The notes below the pieces were generated by a model. It was given only the letters and a program-made list of their open reading frames with translations. It had not been told where the DNA came from and ran no database searches. Source: Planctomycetes bacterium DG_23 (GTDB lineage Bacteria; Planctomycetota; DG-23). Taken from it: a DNA stretch of 35,733 nt. This document shows, piece after piece, positions 31,077 through 35,733 of this stretch. A program made the translations under genes and the position numbers. Location of the stretch: assembly GCA_001302825.1 (NCBI GenBank), contig LIZR01000005.1, positions 1 to 35,733 on the forward strand, read 5' to 3'. Position 1 is the stretch's first letter; every line of letters starts with the position of its first letter.

Positions 31077-33374
31077 ATGGCGATGGCTAAAGTTTTCTCA
31101 TTTTGCGTAATATTCTCACTTTTTTGCTTATGGAGCATCGCCGCGGCAGAAGAGGACGATGTAGCCGAGAAGCCAAAGGTAAAGATGATCTCCGATACCT
31201 TCGGCTTTCTGGGGCCCGAAATCTATAAAGCTGATAAGGCCGCCGAGTTCCTGCGCATAGCCGATTTTAATTCCGACGGCAAGCCCGATATCCTCTTCGT
31301 CGATAATTCCAAAAATGAGATTTATGTACTTATGCAGAGGGAAACCGACGAGCACCCTGCTTTTGAGAAAATTACCTTTGCAACAGAGCGCTGGATAGGG
31401 AGTCTCGATGCCGGGGATTTGAATCAAGACGGTCGAGTGGACTGGGCCTATGTGGGCGACCCCAAAAAGGTGGCCATACGCTACGGAGCGGTCGAAGGTC
31501 GTTTCGAAGAACAGCAGGAACTGGAGACCGAAGGCCGCTATCTTGAGATAAGCGATTTCAATGGCGATGGTCGCGCTGACCTCCTGGTTTTGGATGAGGC
31601 CTTCTTTTATCTCATCTATCAGGACGACGAGGGAAATCTAAAGGAGCCGGAAAAATATCCTTTCCGTAGCCGCGAGGGAGCCTTCTTCGAGGTTGGCGAC
31701 ATAAACGGCGACGGCAAAGGCGATGTGGTTTTCGGTAGTAGGCGCGGAAGTGACGAGATTTCTTACCGACTGTCAAATCCTCAAGGTCGTCTGGACCCGG
31801 AACTCGTGCAGGAGTTGAGGAATCTCCAGGACCTTTATGTTAAAGATGTAGATGGCGACGGCCGGGCAGAAATATTTTCCTTCCACAAAAATACCAAGGC
31901 CTTGAAGTTGCTGAGCTTGAAAGAGGCCGAGGAAAGCGACAAAAGCCCTCAGTTGAGCCAAGTCCGCTATTATGCTTACAAAGACCGAGGTGTCCGGGGC
32001 GAGTTCCGTGTGGCTACCGGCGATATAAACGGAAATGGTAAGTTGGAAGTGGTCCTGGCGGATAGCTCCGCAGCTACGCTCAAGATATATGAACAGGACG
32101 AACAGGGAAATCTCATCCAGGAGCGGACTTTCCCTTCCCTCACCGGGGTGACTGCGGTAAAGGTGCACGATTTGGACGCGGATGGACGCGGGGAGATACT
32201 GCTCTTGAGCCCGGAGGAAGAACTAATAGGCATCGCCGCGATGAAAGACGGAGAAATCAAGTTCCCCAAACCGATACTTCCCTTGGGAAAACCAGTGGCC
32301 TTTGACGCGGGAGATGTTACAGGTAGTGGCAAAATGGATTTAGTGTATGCTACTGAGAGGAAGGGAGATGCGATGCCCGCGCTCTATATCCTGGCCCAGA
32401 CCGAGGAGGGCTCTTTTGAACAACTCAAAAAAATAGATTTAGACAAAAATGCCGTGGCCAAAGAGATTGTGGTGCGGGATTTGAATTCCGATGGTCCGAT
32501 AGACATACTCGTCTTTTACCAGTTCACCCCGATTTCCTTTTTTCTACAGGACGATGAAGGGAATTTCCAGGATGTCGCCGGGGCCAAAGAATTTCAAAAA
32601 GGCCTGGTGCAAAAAATAGCCCCGGAGAATGTCTCCTTCGCCGATGTGGATGGGGATGGTCAGACTGAATTACTGGTAGCCCGTAAGAATTTTGCCCGCT
32701 CTTTATCACTTGATGAGAACCATTCTCTGGTGGTTGAAGAACAGTTTAACGGCAAGAGCGCAAATTCTATCATCCTTTGGACTCAGGTGGAGGACCTGGA
32801 TAAAGACGGCCAAAAGGAGGTTCTGCTTCTGGACGCCTTTGCCCGAAGTCTCTGCATTTTGAAGAAAAACAAAGACAACATCTACGAGGTTACTCAGGAA
32901 ATGAATGTGGGCCGGCTCGCTTTTTCCGGCGCAGAACTTGCCGACCTCAATGCCGATGGCAAAAAGGATATTCTTCTGGCTGAAGATGACCGGTTCGGCT
33001 GTATTTATACGGGAAAATCTGACCCTCAGATCAAGCTCCTGGATACCTATAAGACCTTGCTCGAGGAAGGCCATTACACCGCCATTACTTCGGGCGATGT
33101 AAACGCAGATGGCAAGTGTGACCTTGTGCTGATAGAAGGTCGCAAACATCATCTGGAGATACTAAGTGTCACGGAAAAGGGGCACTTCCGCCAGGAACTC
33201 GCCTTTCCGGTCTTCGAGATTCCGGTGGAGGAGATGGAAGCGCCCATTTTCCGACGGGAAGGCACAGCCACACCAGAGCCGCGGGAAATCGCCGTCGCCG
33301 ATATGAATGGCGATGGCAAAGAAGACATCGTCGTTTTGGTGCACGATAATGTCTTAATTTATCCCCAGGAGTAG
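31077..33374 (+). CDS. Secreted FG-GAP/VCBS-repeat protein with 14 repeats (predicted double 7-bladed beta-propeller)
   Basis: Signal peptide ending SIAAA. I count 14 Ca-binding-type D-x-[ND]-x-D-G-x-x-[DE] loops: DFNSDGKPD, DLNQDGRVD, DFNGDGRAD, DINGDGKGD, DVDGDGRAE, DINGNGKLE, DLDADGRGE, DVTGSGKMD, DLNSDGPID, DVDGDGQTE, DLDKDGQKE, DLNADGKKD, DVNADGKCD, DMNGDGKED. Confidence 0.85.
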   Translation: MAMAKVFSFCVIFSLFCLWSIAAAEEDDVAEKPKVKMISDTFGFLGPEIYKADKAAEFLRIADFNSDGKPDILFVDNSKNEIYVLMQRETDEHPAFEKITFATERWIGSLDAGDLNQDGRVDWAYVGDPKKVAIRYGAVEGRFEEQQELETEGRYLEISDFNGDGRADLLVLDEAFFYLIYQDDEGNLKEPEKYPFRSREGAFFEVGDINGDGKGDVVFGSRRGSDEISYRLSNPQGRLDPELVQELRNLQDLYVKDVDGDGRAEIFSFHKNTKALKLLSLKEAEESDKSPQLSQVRYYAYKDRGVRGEFRVATGDINGNGKLEVVLADSSAATLKIYEQDEQGNLIQERTFPSLTGVTAVKVHDLDADGRGEILLLSPEEELIGIAAMKDGEIKFPKPILPLGKPVAFDAGDVTGSGKMDLVYATERKGDAMPALYILAQTEEGSFEQLKKIDLDKNAVAKEIVVRDLNSDGPIDILVFYQFTPISFFLQDDEGNFQDVAGAKEFQKGLVQKIAPENVSFADVDGDGQTELLVARKNFARSLSLDENHSLVVEEQFNGKSANSIILWTQVEDLDKDGQKEVLLLDAFARSLCILKKNKDNIYEVTQEMNVGRLAFSGAELADLNADGKKDILLAEDDRFGCIYTGKSDPQIKLLDTYKTLLEEGHYTAITSGDVNADGKCDLVLIEGRKHHLEILSVTEKGHFRQELAFPVFEIPVEEMEAPIFRREGTATPEPREIAVADMNGDGKEDIVVLVHDNVLIYPQE

Positions 33375-33378
33375 GACT

Positions 33379-33765
33379 TTGAGTGGCGCTTCGCATCCTG
33401 AGGATGCTTCCCTCGGCCCTGACCCGTACGGGGAAGGGCAGAATCGGAAGGGCGCTTCGCGTCCTGCCTGGCCGACCAGGGAGGGCGCGGAATTTTTTTG
33501 CGAGAAGTTAAAGGTTTCCTGGCAAGGAGCGCCTCAGGAAGGTGAGACTTTCACCTGGCGCGGCAAGGAATATGAAATTCGCACCGTTCTCACCTCCTGG
33601 CGAGAATGGCGCACACCCGCTACCGTTGCCCATAAATCCTGGCGCACCCGTCGGCATCGAAACTTCTACCATATCCGCACTCATAGCGGCGAGACCTTTG
33701 AAATCTTCCTCGACCGCACCAATAAAGCAAAACCAGAGTGGTTCCTCCGAAAAAGGCTCTCCTAA
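33379..33765 (+). CDS. Small W/R-rich protein (128 aa as drawn), possibly DUF6504-like; coding status and start uncertain
   Basis: The only in-frame ATG/GTG/TTG in the whole ORF is TTG 33379, 7 nt after AGGAG (33367-33371) and 5 nt after the FG-GAP stop. The C-terminal two thirds (FTWRGKEYEIRTVLTSWREW...SWRTRRHRNFYHIRTHSGETFEIFLDRTNKAKPEWFLRK) look like a real small domain. The N-terminal 40 codons run through GC-rich hairpins and a terminator-like structure. Confidence 0.45.
   Translation: MSGASHPEDASLGPDPYGEGQNRKGASRPAWPTREGAEFFCEKLKVSWQGAPQEGETFTWRGKEYEIRTVLTSWREWRTPATVAHKSWRTRRHRNFYHIRTHSGETFEIFLDRTNKAKPEWFLRKRLS
33458..33499 (+). terminator. Strong intrinsic-terminator-like hairpin plus T7 tract downstream of the FG-GAP gene (inside the small ORF)
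   Basis: The 5' arm 33458-33471 (CGCGTCCTGCCTGG) pairs with the 3' arm 33476-33489 (CCAGGGAGGGCGCG): 13 of 14 positions pair (one of them a G-U wobble, one G-G mismatch), loop CCGA. GAA and TTTTTTT (33493-33499) follow. Confidence 0.7.
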
Positions 33766-33779
33766 CCCGCTAATTTCTA

Positions 33780-33808
33780 TTGACAAAATGGGCATCCGCT
33801 GATATGTT
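33780..33808 (+). promoter_or_regulatory. Near-consensus sigma70-like promoter upstream of the TPR gene
   Basis: TTGACA (33780-33785), a 17-nt spacer, then TATGTT (33803-33808). The leader to ATG 33989 would be about 175 nt. Confidence 0.55.
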
Positions 33809-33988
33809 TTGGATAAATCAGGCTACTCTGCAGCCAAGGATTGAAGTATTTTATGTGTTTTCTTCAATTCCGTGTTTCAGTGATTTTTTTGTGTAGTTAG
33901 TGCAGTATTTTTTCTCTGCGATTTTTTTGATTACTGAAAGCGTGCTTGCCGGCAGGGCCGTAAGGCTGCCGGGCTGAAAGGCTGTAAG

Positions 33989-34567
33989 ATGAAGGGGATT
34001 GCCGCCATTTTGATAATTCTCTTACCCATAACCTTAATCGTTCTGGCTTTGGCGGTCAAACGCCAACCCGTGGATGAATTGGATAGACAGGGGCTGGCCC
34101 TTTTTAATTCGGGAGATTACGACGCCGCCATAAAGATGTGGCAAAAGGGCCTGGAAATTGACCCCAACTCGCTCGTCATCTTGAATAGAATTGGCGTGGC
34201 CCTCACCCAGAAAGAAGATTTCCTCGCCGCCCGGGAGACCTTCCTCAAGGCCATAGAGATAGACCCGGATTATCCTCAGAGTCACTTCAATCTCGGCCTG
34301 CTATACCTCTATATGGAAAACGAGGCTAAGGCGATCGAGGAACTCAAAGAAACCATTCGCGCGGCTTCCTGGTATCCCGAGACCCATTATCACCTGGGCC
34401 TTATCTACGAAAAGCAGGGCAAATTTGATCTGGCGGCAGAGGAATATGTGGCGGAAGTTAATGTAAATCCTAACTGCGCCGGGGCCTGGCGGCGACATTT
34501 CATCCTCAAGGAGAAGCAAGAAACCCAGCCGCGAGAGAGGGAGCCAGCCAGCCGGACTGCTGAATAG
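33989..34567 (+). CDS. Membrane-anchored TPR-repeat protein
   Basis: N-terminal TM helix (IAAILIILLPITLIVLALAV) followed by about four TPR units (ALFNSGDYDAAIKMWQKGLEIDPN, ...ARETFLKAIEIDPDY, ...AIEELKETIRAASWYPE, ...AAEEYVAEVNVNPN). Confidence 0.8.
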   Translation: MKGIAAILIILLPITLIVLALAVKRQPVDELDRQGLALFNSGDYDAAIKMWQKGLEIDPNSLVILNRIGVALTQKEDFLAARETFLKAIEIDPDYPQSHFNLGLLYLYMENEAKAIEELKETIRAASWYPETHYHLGLIYEKQGKFDLAAEEYVAEVNVNPNCAGAWRRHFILKEKQETQPREREPASRTAE

Positions 34568-34655
34568 TCATAGCGTCGCCACTCCTGTGGCAACAAATAA
34601 TATCTACGGAGGCTGAATAGCCGAATGGCTAAAAGGCCCTCTCGCTTCCAGCACT

Positions 34656-35714
34656 TCAGTACTTTCCGTATTTCCTCACCAGTTCCATAGTTCGCTCATA
34701 CTGCTGGAAACTCACATTTTTGGGAACCGAGTGGTCGGAGTGATAGATATACCCCCCGCCGGGCATAGCCACCTCAAATTTCGTCTTTATCTCCTCTTCT
34801 ATGGCTGATGGGTCGGGACTCGCCATCTTTCGCACATCTATCCCGCCCATAAAGGCCATTTCCTTCCCGTATTCTGGCTTGAGTTCCTTGAGGTCCATCC
34901 CGGCCTTCACCTCCAGGGGCTGGAGGCAGTTAAATCCGGCCTCAATCAGATGGGGAATTAACCCTTTAACGCAGCCGCAGGAATGCAGGATAATGGGCAT
35001 ATCGTGGGAATGAAAGAAGTCGCAAATCATCTTGTGCGTATCAAATAAGACCTCGCGGTAGGTCCGGGGAGAAAATAGCGAAGAGTTTCTATAACCCATA
35101 TCATCGTAAAGAAAGGCCCCGTCAAACTGAAAGTCCTTCTCAATCATCATCTGGGCCATCGCCACCAGAAGTCGGGCGTGGGTCTGGAACATCTCCCGCA
35201 CCCAATCAGGCTCGGTTACCATAAGCATCAGAAGTTCTTCGCTTCTTACATAATTCTGAAAAAGGTCGTAACCCACGGCGGCATTGAATGTGATGAAGTA
35301 ACCCTCCTCACGAGCCCGACGAAAGTTTCGAAGCCCGCTGGCCCAATCCACCCGCGTGTAGTCAGGCTCTAAACGCTCCTTTATCTTCGCCCAGTCCTCC
35401 TTTGTTTTTATGGGCCAGTCTATAACCTCCGGCGTGGTGGAACGGTCGCGATGATTCCGCCTCATACCCCCGTAAGCCGTGGTCTCGATTATATACTCTT
35501 CGTCCTTCTCCACCGTCCTCACCGGAAACCTCGGGCTGAGGTCAGCGCCGAACCCCCAAAGTTCATAGCCAAAATATTCCCTTACCGGAATTTGCGGCGG
35601 AAGGCCTTCATTATGCCACCTGTTTATGGTTGCCGACCAGGGACTGTCCTGAATGGGCACCCGGTCCGGCTCCTTGTGCTCTAAGGCCATCCGCACCCTT
35701 TCTCGCGAAGTCAT
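34656..35714 (-). CDS. Uroporphyrinogen-decarboxylase (URO-D) family protein, MtaA/CmuA-like methyltransferase candidate (second, divergent paralog)
   Basis: ATG 35714 with AAGGAGG upstream. MTSRERVRMALEHKEPDRVPI, LYDDMGY, IILHSCGCV, CLQPLEVKAGMD, MGGIDV and GGGYIYHSDHSVP are URO-D-fold motifs. Confidence 0.8.
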   Translation of the reverse strand: MTSRERVRMALEHKEPDRVPIQDSPWSATINRWHNEGLPPQIPVREYFGYELWGFGADLSPRFPVRTVEKDEEYIIETTAYGGMRRNHRDRSTTPEVIDWPIKTKEDWAKIKERLEPDYTRVDWASGLRNFRRAREEGYFITFNAAVGYDLFQNYVRSEELLMLMVTEPDWVREMFQTHARLLVAMAQMMIEKDFQFDGAFLYDDMGYRNSSLFSPRTYREVLFDTHKMICDFFHSHDMPIILHSCGCVKGLIPHLIEAGFNCLQPLEVKAGMDLKELKPEYGKEMAFMGGIDVRKMASPDPSAIEEEIKTKFEVAMPGGGYIYHSDHSVPKNVSFQQYERTMELVRKYGKY

Positions 35715-35733
35715 AGTCCCCTCCTTGCCTCAA

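Noticed and set aside
33542-33802. 86-aa alternative-frame ORF (GTG start) overlapping the small W/R-rich ORF
   Set aside because: It is Pro/Ser/Ala-rich low-complexity sequence with no SD. The overlapping frame has the more protein-like sequence.
1-35733. CRISPR arrays, IS elements, integrases, toxin-antitoxin pairs and recognisable defence genes
   Set aside because: I saw no regularly spaced short direct repeats and no transposase, integrase or nuclease-type ORFs. The smc gene is a full-length housekeeping type, not a Wadjet- or Lamassu-like variant.

Overview
Gene-dense chromosomal window of about 30 CDS at roughly 50% GC, probably from an anaerobic bacterium. By eye I found no rRNA, tRNA, CRISPR array, transposase or integrase. 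Left to right: (1) the 3' end of an HDAC-family gene, folD and a GDPD phosphodiesterase. (2) A six-gene minus-strand envelope glycosylation locus: four GT-C membrane glycosyltransferases (two are a 1690-bp tandem duplication that left a fossil GT2 fragment), one GT2 polyprenyl-phosphate sugar synthase and a DUF2304-like small membrane protein. (3) A lipoyl-domain protein-metV-metF operon. (4) An NPP/alkaline-phosphatase-family lipoprotein. (5) An nrdR-nrdD-redoxin-nrdG operon with tandem NrdR boxes over its promoter and a clean intrinsic terminator. (6) A lone AmmeMemoRadiSam-type radical SAM gene. (7) A FlgI (flagellar P-ring)-like lipoprotein carrying a HEAT-repeat insertion, with no other flagellar genes in the window. 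(8) smc. (9) A trio of an OYE/FeS domain protein, a PurM-superfamily protein and a URO-D-family protein. (10) A divergently transcribed secreted module: an S1 protease plus a 641-aa protein on one side, a 14-repeat FG-GAP protein plus a small W/R-rich ORF on the other, fired from a perfect 15-bp palindrome. (11) A TPR protein and a second URO-D-family gene. The observations I rate highest are the stand-alone lipoyl carrier co-transcribed with MetVF, the non-flagellar FlgI-HEAT lipoprotein, a GC-rich multi-hairpin REP-like element found once between convergent genes and once in frame inside a URO-D-family CDS, the tandem GT-C duplication, and the palindrome-centred secreted module. All family assignments come from motif reading by eye and recollection. 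No searches were run.
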